Part shown: positions 17,731 through 27,306 of the stretch, in pieces | Layout of the letters: the number at the start of each line of letters is the position of its first letter | How positions within the stretch are numbered: position 1 is the first letter of the stretch | Assembly (NCBI GenBank): GCA_018645005.1 | Contig: JABGPJ010000110.1 | Coordinates: forward strand, 9,620 to 73,619 | Origin: Deltaproteobacteria bacterium | GTDB lineage: Bacteria > SAR324 > XYD2-FULL-50-16 | Length of the DNA: 64,000 bases | Reading direction: 5' to 3' | Notes under the pieces: generated by a model | Database searches by the model: none | Told to the model about the DNA's origin: nothing | Seen by the model: only the letters and a program-made list of their open reading frames with translations | Translations under genes and position numbers: made by a program

Positions 17731-19098
17731 ATGAAACTGGACTGGAAAAAGAGCCTTGGTTTGGTTTTTTTGTTTTTTCTTCTCTTTAACGGGTGCCAAT
17801 CCGTTGATGAAAAGACCGATTGTGTCTATTATCTGAACCAGAAAGATTACAGCCGTGTAGCAGCGGACACCTCCTGTTCCACTTATGAACGGGCCAGCGC
17901 AGAGGTGGGGCTGGCAGGATTTCAATTCTCAAGCTTCCTGGATGGTGATGCCTCTGAAAACTTCAGGCAGGCACTGGGCATCTCGAGCTCGGTCACAGCT
18001 TGGACAACATGGGCCGGGAAAACGCACTACGAAAATGCAATGAAACTCTCCGGCGATTCCACAGGGGATACCTACGAAGGGCAGACAAGATTGAAGGAAG
18101 ATGTAGAGATTCACTATTTTTCGACTCTGGGAGCCATAATGGCACTGACCTACATCGAGATGGACGCCAACTCTGATGGAGATGTTTCGGAAACGGAAAT
18201 CCAGAGTTTCACCGGTATTCGAGCGTCGAATGATGCCAGTTACGGCACAAACAAAATTCAATCTGCTGAATGGTTTGAGTTTGTAACAGACAAAGGATCC
18301 GGTAGCGAAAAGGTCTTTGTGCTCAATACAACAACTGGCAAGTGCGCTTTGAAAACAACACCCAAATACGATGGTCTTTGGCCAGCCACATCTTACGATT
18401 TAACGGATACGGCAAACTGTGGCGTCGTCGACAGTACCACATTGGCGGCATGGGCAGTGGCTGGAGAGGGTACGATCGGCGGTCAATGTGCCGCCATTAT
18501 GAAGATTGAAGAGCTCCAGAACCTGTTTCTCCCCTCTTCAGGCGGATCTTTGTCAGTATTGGACCTGACACAGTATTTCGTTACCTATGTTAGCTCAATT
18601 GATCACGATATGGTCGATCTTGGTATCCCGGAAGACAGCGATCTTCGAAAAGGGTTATCTGAATTCAGCGCAAATATCGACAACGGAGCAACCTGCTCCA
18701 ATGATACGTTGACCGAGGTGGACCAGATCTTCAGCATTCTGGAAGTTGCGGCTGTAAATTCAGCCACGGACTATGAAAATATCAATGTCCTGCCTTTCAG
18801 TACTATCTCCTCCGCAAGTGATACGGCCGTCGCACTGACTGATTTCGCTACTGTTATTGAAACGGGCGGCAATCCTGTCACTGTTACCTTTACCTGCAAT
18901 AATTCAGCTAATATGTCGGCACGGATGATTTTTAAACAAGCGGCGACATATATTCCCTACTACTCTGGTGCTGATGCCAACATCAATGATACCTTTTCAT
19001 CACTGAATGTTTTAAATTCAGATGCCGCTGGTAGTGTTAAGCCTACTTCTGCCGGCGATAAAATTGTCTCCTTCAAAGAACTTCTCTGCATGGAGTGA
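17731..19098 (+). CDS. Cys-rich acidic lipoprotein with an EF-hand-like motif
   Basis: Lipobox FNG-C; DANSDGDVSETE loop; eight further Cys. Confidence 0.7.
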   Translation: MKLDWKKSLGLVFLFFLLFNGCQSVDEKTDCVYYLNQKDYSRVAADTSCSTYERASAEVGLAGFQFSSFLDGDASENFRQALGISSSVTAWTTWAGKTHYENAMKLSGDSTGDTYEGQTRLKEDVEIHYFSTLGAIMALTYIEMDANSDGDVSETEIQSFTGIRASNDASYGTNKIQSAEWFEFVTDKGSGSEKVFVLNTTTGKCALKTTPKYDGLWPATSYDLTDTANCGVVDSTTLAAWAVAGEGTIGGQCAAIMKIEELQNLFLPSSGGSLSVLDLTQYFVTYVSSIDHDMVDLGIPEDSDLRKGLSEFSANIDNGATCSNDTLTEVDQIFSILEVAAVNSATDYENINVLPFSTISSASDTAVALTDFATVIETGGNPVTVTFTCNNSANMSARMIFKQAATYIPYYSGADANINDTFSSLNVLNSDAAGSVKPTSAGDKIVSFKELLCME

Positions 19099-19113
19099 TC
19101 CTGCATCGTTATT

Positions 19114-20133
19114 ATGACCCCGGTATCAATCAAAAGTTCTATTCAACGGGCGCTGGACGCCCGTGCGGGTCTGCTCTCCCAACTACATGATGAGAAGACG
19201 GACACCTATCGCCTTTTCCATGGCAGCAATGAAGGTCTACCAGGGTTGACCCTTGATCGTTATGGCAATCGAATTCTGGTCCAAACCTTTTACGAACCCC
19301 TCTCTGAAACAGATAGAAACCTTCTTGAGACTTTCCTGACCAGATGTCTGGATTTTATTCCCGAATTTGATTTTAGAGACCGCTCCGGCCTAAAAAGAGA
19401 AGGCATTGAGACCACCCGGTTAATGGGCTCGCGTCCTTCAGAAATCCATAGCTACTCTCAGGAACTGGGAATCCAATACCTGATAAAAACAACGCAGCGA
19501 GGCTTGGACCCATACCTTTTTTTGGACACCCGCTCCACACGACGGTATATTCTGAAAAACAGCCGCAATTTGTCCGTTTTGAATCTGTTTGCCTATACCT
19601 GCAGTCTTGGCTTATGCGCAGCTATAGGTGGTGCGTCTGAAGTCTGGAACGTGGACTTTGCTGAATCGGCTCTGAATGTGGGGCGAGCAAACCTGTTGAA
19701 AAACGGGCTGTCTGAATCTTCATGGCAGTTTATTCGCGCAGACTTTTTTTCGACGGTCAGACAACTTGCAGGTCTTCCGATTAAAGGGAAGGGAAAGCGG
19801 AAAAAATATCAAAGATTTGAACCTAAAACGTTTGACCTGGTTATCCTGGACCCGCCACGCTGGGCGACCAGTGTCTTCGGGGCGGTTGATCTGGTCAGGG
19901 ATTATCAGAGCATTTTCAAACCGTCGCTGCTGGCAACGAAACCCGGGGGTAGGCTCATCTGCACCAATCATGTTCCTGCTGTGAATCTCCAGGATTGGTT
20001 GGAAATGCTGACACGTTGCGCTACGAAAATCGGGGAAACCATAGAGTTAATTGAAATCATCACTCCAGAAAACGATTTCCCTTCTCCGGATGGGCAGCAT
20101 CCCTTAAAAATAGCGGTGGTTGAGCGAAAGTAG
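19114..20133 (+). CDS. Class I SAM-dependent rRNA methyltransferase, RlmI/RlmK family (no N-terminal PUA domain)
   Basis: 'YRLFHG..EGLPGLTLDRYG', 'VLNLFAYT', 'DLVILDPP'. Confidence 0.85.
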   Translation: MTPVSIKSSIQRALDARAGLLSQLHDEKTDTYRLFHGSNEGLPGLTLDRYGNRILVQTFYEPLSETDRNLLETFLTRCLDFIPEFDFRDRSGLKREGIETTRLMGSRPSEIHSYSQELGIQYLIKTTQRGLDPYLFLDTRSTRRYILKNSRNLSVLNLFAYTCSLGLCAAIGGASEVWNVDFAESALNVGRANLLKNGLSESSWQFIRADFFSTVRQLAGLPIKGKGKRKKYQRFEPKTFDLVILDPPRWATSVFGAVDLVRDYQSIFKPSLLATKPGGRLICTNHVPAVNLQDWLEMLTRCATKIGETIELIEIITPENDFPSPDGQHPLKIAVVERK

Positions 20134-20164
20134 CCCTGGAAACATCTCCTCTGATGGAGATTCT

Positions 20165-21274
20165 TCAATTTATCAGCTTTTTCAGATGCTCAAGAAGAAT
20201 TTCCATCTGGGCTTGGGTCCCGATGGAGATCCTAATATAGTTCTGCAACAAATCGGTCGCGAAATACCTTACGAGCACTCCTTTTTCCTGCAGTTTCTGA
20301 AAGATATCCGCAGCATTGGTGTTCAGAACCTGGCAGAGAATGAAGTTCGATTGGCTGGGGGTGACCTGCAGCTGCTGAAACACGGACAGCTCCTTTTGTG
20401 TCCAGTCACGAATCCGGGAAAGCTCAGCAACCTGATCCTGAAAATGAGGCAGGTTATTCAGGCAGGTTTCCAATGCAATCTCAGCGGCAACATTGACGCT
20501 GAAAGGGGGTTTGATCCGCATAAATCCACGCGCCAGTTTTTCGGACATGATACCATATCCCACCCTGAGCCCGGCAAGGGCAAAGCATTTGGAAAAAGTT
20601 CGCAGTATCAGTAGATTTTCATTGTTTTTGACCTTGTGCAGAAAACTGCTTTGGGAAAACTCGTGGTATGCTTCGTCCACCAGTACAACGAGGTTCTGGC
20701 TCAGGAAATAGTCCAGAACCGCCTCTTCCAAAAGATTGCCCGATGGATTGTTGGGTGAGCAAAGAATTACCAGCTTGACTCCTGTCAGATCGATCTGTTT
20801 TGCTTTATCAAGAGAGATCGAAAAATCACTTTCCCGGGGGTAAGAACAGAATCGACCTTTGTTCAGTGCAACAACATGGTTGTAGTATGAGAATGTCGGG
20901 GCGAAGCTGATCACTTTTTCACCGGTTTCCAACAGCAAGCGGCAGGCAATATCGATCAATTCATCAGCCCCTGTTCCGGCAACTACCATTTCGGGAGAGC
21001 AGTCTGCATATTGGGCAATGACCTGTCGTAAATTAACCTGCGCCGGATCTGGATAAATATGATAGTAGCGACCATTCCCCAGCGCTTCGAGTACCTCAGG
21101 CGCGGTACCAAATGGATTTTCATTGGCGTCCAGTTTAATTATCTGCTCTTCTGGCAGATTAAGCCTTTTGGCTATTTGATCCGGCGGCTCGATAGGAGAA
21201 TAGGGCGCCATTTCGTTCACAGATCTGCAAATTAAATTATCGATAGACTTCATGTTTTCTGGCATATTATTCAT
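20165..21274 (-). CDS. hisC: Histidinol-phosphate aminotransferase
   Basis: 'KLDANENP', 'SPNNPSG', 'DEAY', 'RTFSKCFALAGLRVGY'. Confidence 0.92.
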   Translation of the reverse strand: MNNMPENMKSIDNLICRSVNEMAPYSPIEPPDQIAKRLNLPEEQIIKLDANENPFGTAPEVLEALGNGRYYHIYPDPAQVNLRQVIAQYADCSPEMVVAGTGADELIDIACRLLLETGEKVISFAPTFSYYNHVVALNKGRFCSYPRESDFSISLDKAKQIDLTGVKLVILCSPNNPSGNLLEEAVLDYFLSQNLVVLVDEAYHEFSQSSFLHKVKNNENLLILRTFSKCFALAGLRVGYGIMSEKLARGFMRIKPPFSVNVAAEIALETCLNNLPHFQDQVAELSRIRDWTQKELSVFQQLQVTPSQSNFILCQVLNTNAADIFQKLQEKGVLVRYFATDLLQNYIRISIGTQAQMEILLEHLKKLIN

Positions 21275-21636
21275 GGGTCCGGGTAAAACTCTGCCAAGAT
21301 ATAACAGCCGGTTCCCGGACTGACTCTCAGGAGAAATTGCGTTGTGTTAAAAAACAGGAAAAGTCAAAACAGAGACTTTTTGTATTTGAGCTGCATAAGC
21401 AGTATAGGAAGTTGAGCTTAATTCGTGAAGATGTTAATAAAAAAAAATGAAAAAGAGGGAAGACAGGTTGCTTTTATTTTCTACATAGCATAAGAATGTA
21501 TTGATTTCACACTCATAAGTAAAAAAATCTACAATTTTGTAATGCTTGAGTGTTTTGAATCAGATTCAGCAATGTACAGGTTGGGCGGAACAAATTTTGA
21601 CAAAGTACTGTCATTGACTTCAACTTTGGGGAAAAT

Positions 21637-21948
21637 GTGAACGTAAGAATATACGTGGGGAATCTGCCTTTCAGGACGACAGACGCGGAATTGCGGACAC
21701 TGTTTGAGGGGTATGGAGAGGTTGAATCTGCCGATGTGATTCGGTATAAAGGGTCAGGTCGATCAAAAGGATATGCTTTTGTACAGATGGATGAAGAGGC
21801 TTCGGAAAAAGCAGCTGCTGAGCTGAATGAAAAAGAATATGAAGGACGGATGCTTAAAGTCCGGGTTGCAAAGCCCCGTGAAAACTATCCACGGAAGCAA
21901 GATCAGATTTCCGGAGATACAAAATCCATGCGTATCGGGATTGATTAG
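21637..21948 (+). CDS. RRM (RNP-1) RNA-binding protein
   Basis: RNP2 'IYVGNL' and RNP1 'KGYAFVQM'. Confidence 0.92.
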   Translation: MNVRIYVGNLPFRTTDAELRTLFEGYGEVESADVIRYKGSGRSKGYAFVQMDEEASEKAAAELNEKEYEGRMLKVRVAKPRENYPRKQDQISGDTKSMRIGID

Positions 21949-22046
21949 GTTCGTGTTCCGATCTGATCAGAGAACAGCGGAAAATGAATTGAATGCGGAT
22001 GAGCGTTATACGCAGTCCTGCTCCCCGCTGGATTGAGATATGATGC

Positions 22047-22922
22047 TTAGAAATAGTAGTGGACTGAGAACGAGGGAAACGTACTGAGGGACAAATCAGA
22101 GGCGTCGTAGTTTCCGGCTTTTTGAATCCGATATCCGATTTCTCCGGTAAAGCCAAAGTTTGGCAGGGTTGAAAAGAACATTTCGACGCCAATAAACGCT
22201 CCCAACGATGTGCCTGTTCCTTTCACACCACTGGCACTATCATTGATCTGCAGGTACCCGATTGAACCACCATAATAGAGCAGGATATCCTGAACCTGAT
22301 CAAAAACAAGACCCATTCGATAGTCAACAGCAAAAATCGACAAATCAGCTCCGGCATAGCTGGCGTTTCCGTATGCCAGTAGAACATTTCCAAAGAGGTT
22401 GTTGTCGAAAAACATCTTATAACTTAGTTGATCACTGGCGTAGTTTGTGATTCCTCCCGCTGAGTTGAGTGTCGACTTTTTCTGTACATAACCGATACCG
22501 TTACGCTGGTCCATTTTCATTCTCGATTTTATGGCCGTAATAAAATTGATACTTGCAGTGGGCAATTGCAGCACACCGTGTCCAGCTGCCGATTCTACCG
22601 TAATGAATTCGTTTGAAAACTGTGTAATGGTTCCTTCGATAACTTCCCCGTTTTTCAGATAAATCGTAAAGACATTCGGTTTTGAAATCTCGTTTTGGTA
22701 ATCTTTGACCGATCCCAGATAATCGATAAGATGAATCTCCATGTAAGGTATTTCCTTCGATTCCGAATCCGTCTCAAGGGTAATAGAGTCCTTGTTGTAT
22801 TTTGTAATTGTTCCTTGATAAACTTCTTCATTCTCCAAAACAATTGTTTCAGCCGTCAGGTTCAGCGCGAGAAAAAAAATGCTGATGATGGAGAACAAAA
22901 TGGGTTTAAAAAGCTTTTTCAT
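22047..22922 (-). CDS. Outer-membrane protein: two tandem small Sm-like beta domains plus a C-terminal beta-barrel
   Basis: Start re-called to 22922 (MKKLFKPIL... signal). Repeat 'I.L.N.E...GTIT.....IT.E'. Ends SFSVHYYF. Confidence 0.65.
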   Translation of the reverse strand: MKKLFKPILFSIISIFFLALNLTAETIVLENEEVYQGTITKYNKDSITLETDSESKEIPYMEIHLIDYLGSVKDYQNEISKPNVFTIYLKNGEVIEGTITQFSNEFITVESAAGHGVLQLPTASINFITAIKSRMKMDQRNGIGYVQKKSTLNSAGGITNYASDQLSYKMFFDNNLFGNVLLAYGNASYAGADLSIFAVDYRMGLVFDQVQDILLYYGGSIGYLQINDSASGVKGTGTSLGAFIGVEMFFSTLPNFGFTGEIGYRIQKAGNYDASDLSLSTFPSFSVHYYF

Positions 22923-23397
22923 TACAATATCCTGGTTAGATACTTTTCGGTTAAGCATAACATTAAACTGATTTGTGGATCGTTCCGATAATAGCAGCAC
23001 GTATTTCTTTTTTTCGCTATTTCATTGTTCCAACAGTAAATGCAAATAAAACACCATGTAAGTTACAATATTGAAAATCGCTTGTTATTTATAGAGAAAT
23101 TAGATTAACCTAGAGTGAGTTGATTGATTAATATCGGGACTGAGGAACGACCTTAAGAATTTGAATGAGATGACAGACTTCTGACAGAAACTCAGGTGCT
23201 CCACGGATTTTATTTCATCCAGTCAATCCATATCTATGATATTACATCAAATAACTAGATATTTGATTGGGAAATATTTAAATTCAAACGCCAACTGAAG
23301 GGAACTAACCATATATTGACTTGTATTCCGTTTTTATGGTCCCAAAAGGGTAACGTATCGTAGAGCAGACTATTTAGATTCAAGAATTACTCGCTTA

Positions 23398-24078
23398 TTG
23401 ACGGCTATGACGGTTATTGCACTGGATGGACCAGCAGGTTCTGGGAAAAGTACTGTGGCGAAACATCTTTCGCAACAACTTAAATTTGAATATATCGATT
23501 CGGGAGCTATCTATCGATCCTTGACATTTTATGGGCTTCAATACTTGGGTGCGGGATGTCAGGGGAAAGAAGAGGAGATTGCAAACTGGTTTTCTGAGAA
23601 TCCGGACCAGATAAAAATCACCTATGAGGATCACACACAGATCATGTGGTTGAAAGGGAGTGATATTTCACGTCAGATTCGCAGCCCTGAAGTCACGCGG
23701 GAGGTTCGGTTTGTTTCGGACAGTCCCGCCTGCAGGGAAATAGTCAATCAGAAAATGCGTGATCTGGCAGAAAAGTACGATGTTGTTATAGATGGTAGAG
23801 ATATCGGAACGAAAGTATTCCCGGAGACCCGTTATAAATTCTATCTGGACGGCAAACCAGAGATCCGCGTAGCTCGTCGGGCAAAAGAGATGAACATTCC
23901 GTTACAGGGAGAGGCTTTTGATCAGCTTCTCAAAGGTCTTCTCGATAGAGATGCCAGCGATATGGCTCGGGAGATAGCACCACTCTGCCAGGCGGAAGAT
24001 GCTGTCTTGGTTGATACGTCTGCTTTAACGGTTGATGAAGTAGTGGAAACGATCAGGAAACATCTGGGATCGTCTTGA
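23398..24078 (+). CDS. cmk: Cytidylate kinase
   Basis: 'IALDGPAGSGKST', 'DSGAIYR', 'DGRDIGT.VFP', 'RD..D..R..APL'. Confidence 0.93.
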   Translation: MTAMTVIALDGPAGSGKSTVAKHLSQQLKFEYIDSGAIYRSLTFYGLQYLGAGCQGKEEEIANWFSENPDQIKITYEDHTQIMWLKGSDISRQIRSPEVTREVRFVSDSPACREIVNQKMRDLAEKYDVVIDGRDIGTKVFPETRYKFYLDGKPEIRVARRAKEMNIPLQGEAFDQLLKGLLDRDASDMAREIAPLCQAEDAVLVDTSALTVDEVVETIRKHLGSS

Positions 24079-24092
24079 GGAAAAGGAGCGCG

Positions 24093-24551
24093 TCAGTCCT
24101 GAATATAGTACGCTCTAAACAGCAGTTCGGGATCGATGACAAAAATATATTTGCCTTTGTATAGCTGAATAAAACTGAAAATTGTTTTGGGAATGTCTGG
24201 AGGGAAATGAGAAAATTCATCGATTTCCAGTTTTTTGTTAGGCAGTTGTTTCAGCGGGATTCGCATCAATAAACCGCTGATGCAGATTCCCAAGTCGGAG
24301 CCGCCTGATATCTCTTTAATAAATAAATACCCGCCATTATTGAAGTGGGCTTGAGATAATCCAAGCAGTGACCCGAAATGGATAAACCTGCCTTGCAAAA
24401 GATCTTTTTTTCTCTCAAATTGCCAGATTGGAGAACTATTCCCGGAATGTGATATCCACACCTGGTTTAAAGAAATATGGTATTTGAATTCGTTTGGAAA
24501 GATACCGAAATAGAGGTCTTTCTCCTGAAAAATGATGAGTGATTTATCCAT
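24093..24551 (-). CDS. Degenerate CheW-like domain protein
   Basis: 152 aa with a CheW-like layout ('LYFGI', 'DLGICI', C-terminal 'YIFVIDPELLF'). Confidence 0.45.
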   Translation of the reverse strand: MDKSLIIFQEKDLYFGIFPNEFKYHISLNQVWISHSGNSSPIWQFERKKDLLQGRFIHFGSLLGLSQAHFNNGGYLFIKEISGGSDLGICISGLLMRIPLKQLPNKKLEIDEFSHFPPDIPKTIFSFIQLYKGKYIFVIDPELLFRAYYIQD

Positions 24552-24624
24552 TTAGGAAGTGGCGTATTTCCAGTTTAAATGATGTGAGCGACTTACGAAT
24601 TAGATCTGTGGTAATTGATAAATC

Positions 24625-24653
24625 ATTGTGAAAAGTAAAATACCACTTGTCAA
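24625..24653 (-). promoter_or_regulatory. Sigma70-type promoter for the CheW-like gene
   Basis: Minus strand TTGACA-17 nt-CACAAT. Confidence 0.5.
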
Positions 24654-24689
24654 TTCGATTTTTCAAAATCTCAAGACAGGGCTTATGAA

Positions 24690-25355
24690 ATGCTTCAAAG
24701 CGATCATTACGAACTGCTGGACAAACTGCGGTTTGGTAAAAATAGTGATGAAAGAAAAGAAGCGCTGAACGTATTGATCAATTTCGAATATGAAGCGCGA
24801 TTTGACGCAGCGGACTTTTTGAAATTGTTGGCCGATGATGATCCGGTATATCAGGTATACGCCATTGGTGCCATAGGCCGCCAAAAGGTCAACGCTGGAA
24901 TTTCAGAACTAAAGCGTATCTATGCAAGTTCTTCGGATACGATGATTCTGAATGAGCTGCTGACCGCTTTTCTACAATTTGAAACAGATGATTTCCTGGA
25001 CATTGTGGTCGAAAAACTGAAAAAACTGAGTAGAAAGCCGTGGGTGTTTCAAACCAGATTACGTGCTTCCGGTAGTGTTTCTGATAAAACGTTTATTTTG
25101 AATCAGATATTGATCCCTTCCCTCAGATATATTCAGATTGCTGGCAATGCCACCGTCGAGAAGACAGCGAGACTTTTTCTTGATCACGAAGACGCGAATG
25201 TTCGCTGGCACGCCTTGATGGTGTTTGACAAACTGGAAATTGCACTTAAACCGGATATTGTGAGTCAGATAAAAGAATCGGACTCAAGTCCACTGGTCAG
25301 AGAGTTGGCTACTCTTTTAATAGAAAAACGCGGGAGTAATGCGGTTACATCATAG
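24690..25355 (+). CDS. HEAT-repeat protein
   Basis: 'LADDDPVYQVYAIGAIG', 'LDHEDANVRWHAL', 'DSSPLVRELA'. Confidence 0.75.
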   Translation: MLQSDHYELLDKLRFGKNSDERKEALNVLINFEYEARFDAADFLKLLADDDPVYQVYAIGAIGRQKVNAGISELKRIYASSSDTMILNELLTAFLQFETDDFLDIVVEKLKKLSRKPWVFQTRLRASGSVSDKTFILNQILIPSLRYIQIAGNATVEKTARLFLDHEDANVRWHALMVFDKLEIALKPDIVSQIKESDSSPLVRELATLLIEKRGSNAVTS

Positions 25356-25362
25356 ATGATAA

Positions 25363-27306
25363 TTGGCTGCACAAAAAAAATCTAGAAGTGATAGAGGCGA
25401 AGTGTTAAACGAATTAAAAAAATGCAATGAAATTCAATGTCTTTCATTGAAAAAATTAGAGGAGCTGGCTGGGGACTGCCGAAAACAAATCCTGGAAGTG
25501 GTCAGTCAGACAGGCGGTCACTTGGCATCCTCGCTGGGGGCTGTTGAATTGACGGTGGCTCTGGCAAAAGTCTTTGACCTGGAAAGAGATAAAGTTGTCT
25601 GGGATGTGGGGCACCAGACCTATGCCTATAAATTACTGACCGGTAGAAGTGACCGTTTTAATCAGATTGGCAAAAAAGGCGGCTTATCCAAATTCCTTTC
25701 CCGTTTCGAGTCAAAATATGATCATTTTGGAGCCGGGCATGCATCGACCTCTATCTCCGCTTCATTGGGGATCAGCAAGGCGCGTACTCTCAACGGTGAC
25801 GATTTCAAAACCATCGCTGTGATTGGGGATGGTGCTATGACGGGTGGACTCGCCTATGAAGCACTGAATCATACCGGTCATCTGGATGAGAACCTCATCG
25901 TTATCCTTAACGATAACGAAATGAGCATTGATGTAAATGTGGGTGCCTTGTCACGGACGGTACTCAATATCTCCTCCTCTAAATCCTTCAACAGGGTTCG
26001 TGCGGAAATCATTCGGCAGATAAGGGAGCACAAACTGCCCCTGGCCATTACCAAAACCATGGATCGTGTGAATGATTCGCTGATGGCATTTTTCACCAAA
26101 GGGATCTGGTTTGAAAAATTCAACTTCCGATATTTTGGACAGGCAGATGGACATAGTATAAAAGACCTGGTCTCTTTTCTGAAGCTGATCAAAGATATAA
26201 GGGGACCGATTCTGCTCCACGTAATCACGCAAAAGGGGAAAGGATTTCAGCCCGCAGAGATGAATCCGGCGCAATTTCACGGTGTTGGACCCTTTGACCT
26301 GGTCTCAGGAAAGCCGCAGAAACGAGTACAAAAAGGAAAGAGCTATACCAGCATCTGGAGCCGAAGTTTTGCTCAGATTATGGATGCTGATGAAAAAGTG
26401 GTGGGGGTCAGTGCCGCCATGTCTGCGAATACGGGTCTGGCAGAAATTCAAAAATCCCATCCAGATAGAATTTTTGATGTGGGTATTGCGGAAGGGCATG
26501 CGGTGACCTTTGCCGGTGGTATGTCTACTGAAGGAATAAAGCCCTTTGTCGTTATCTATTCCACCTTTCTGCAACGTGCGTTTGATCATATTACCCACGA
26601 TATCTGCAGGCAGAGCCTTCCGGTCCGATTTATTCTGGACAGAGGTGGGTTTGTCGGTGCGGATGGCGCGACCCATCATGGCATTCTGGATTTGACATAT
26701 CTGCGGATGATTCCCAACATGGTTGTTATGGTGCCCAAAGACGGTACGGAAATGCAGGCAATGATCAATCTGGCGTATAAGTATAATGACGGCCCCATTG
26801 CTATGAGGTTTCCTAGAGGGAGTACAACTGAGTATTCCGAACTCCTTCAAAGTGAGTTACCAGAGCTGTCCTTTGGAAAAGGAGAAAAGCTGCAGACAGG
26901 GGCGGATATATTGTTGCTGGCGGTCGGAACTATGGTGGAAAGTGCTCTGGAGGTAGCCAAAATATTAGAAGCGACCGGTCTCTCGGTGGGCGTCATCAAT
27001 GCCCGATTTGTCAAGCCCCTGGACCAGGAATTGATCTTGTCAATGGTCTCTTCTGTCAAGCTGATTGCAACGATGGAAGAAAATGTCCGGACAGGTGGAT
27101 TTGGCAGCGGAATCCTGGAACTGCTGGCTGAACATGAAATTCTCAAACCCGTCGTTCAATTTGGTGTTCCTGACCAATTTATTAAATTTGCCAGCCGTGA
27201 GGAACAGATTGAGGAAGCTGGGTTGGATGTGCCGTCTATGACGGCAAAGCTTCAACGGGTCTGGAAGAAAATGACCGGGCCTACGAAAAATCAGGTGGCG
27301 GTATAA
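25363..27306 (+). CDS. dxs: 1-deoxy-D-xylulose-5-phosphate synthase
   Basis: 'GGHLASSLGAVEL', 'WDVGHQTY', 'GDGAMTGG..EALN', 'DVGIAEGH', 'DGATHHG'. Confidence 0.96.
   Translation: MAAQKKSRSDRGEVLNELKKCNEIQCLSLKKLEELAGDCRKQILEVVSQTGGHLASSLGAVELTVALAKVFDLERDKVVWDVGHQTYAYKLLTGRSDRFNQIGKKGGLSKFLSRFESKYDHFGAGHASTSISASLGISKARTLNGDDFKTIAVIGDGAMTGGLAYEALNHTGHLDENLIVILNDNEMSIDVNVGALSRTVLNISSSKSFNRVRAEIIRQIREHKLPLAITKTMDRVNDSLMAFFTKGIWFEKFNFRYFGQADGHSIKDLVSFLKLIKDIRGPILLHVITQKGKGFQPAEMNPAQFHGVGPFDLVSGKPQKRVQKGKSYTSIWSRSFAQIMDADEKVVGVSAAMSANTGLAEIQKSHPDRIFDVGIAEGHAVTFAGGMSTEGIKPFVVIYSTFLQRAFDHITHDICRQSLPVRFILDRGGFVGADGATHHGILDLTYLRMIPNMVVMVPKDGTEMQAMINLAYKYNDGPIAMRFPRGSTTEYSELLQSELPELSFGKGEKLQTGADILLLAVGTMVESALEVAKILEATGLSVGVINARFVKPLDQELILSMVSSVKLIATMEENVRTGGFGSGILELLAEHEILKPVVQFGVPDQFIKFASREEQIEEAGLDVPSMTAKLQRVWKKMTGPTKNQVAV

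Noticed and set aside
20120-20614. 164-aa plus-strand ORF
   Set aside because: Lies almost wholly antisense to the clearly real hisC.
23130-23310. 'ctcaggt' and 'aggtgctcc...aagggaa' resemble glycine or cobalamin riboswitch fragments
   Set aside because: Other conserved cores (GGAGA/CCGAAG; B12 box GCCACTG) are missing and the cmk context does not fit.
27281-27306. 26-nt convergent overlap of dxs and the amidase
   Set aside because: Short 3' overlaps are common; nothing indicates a function.
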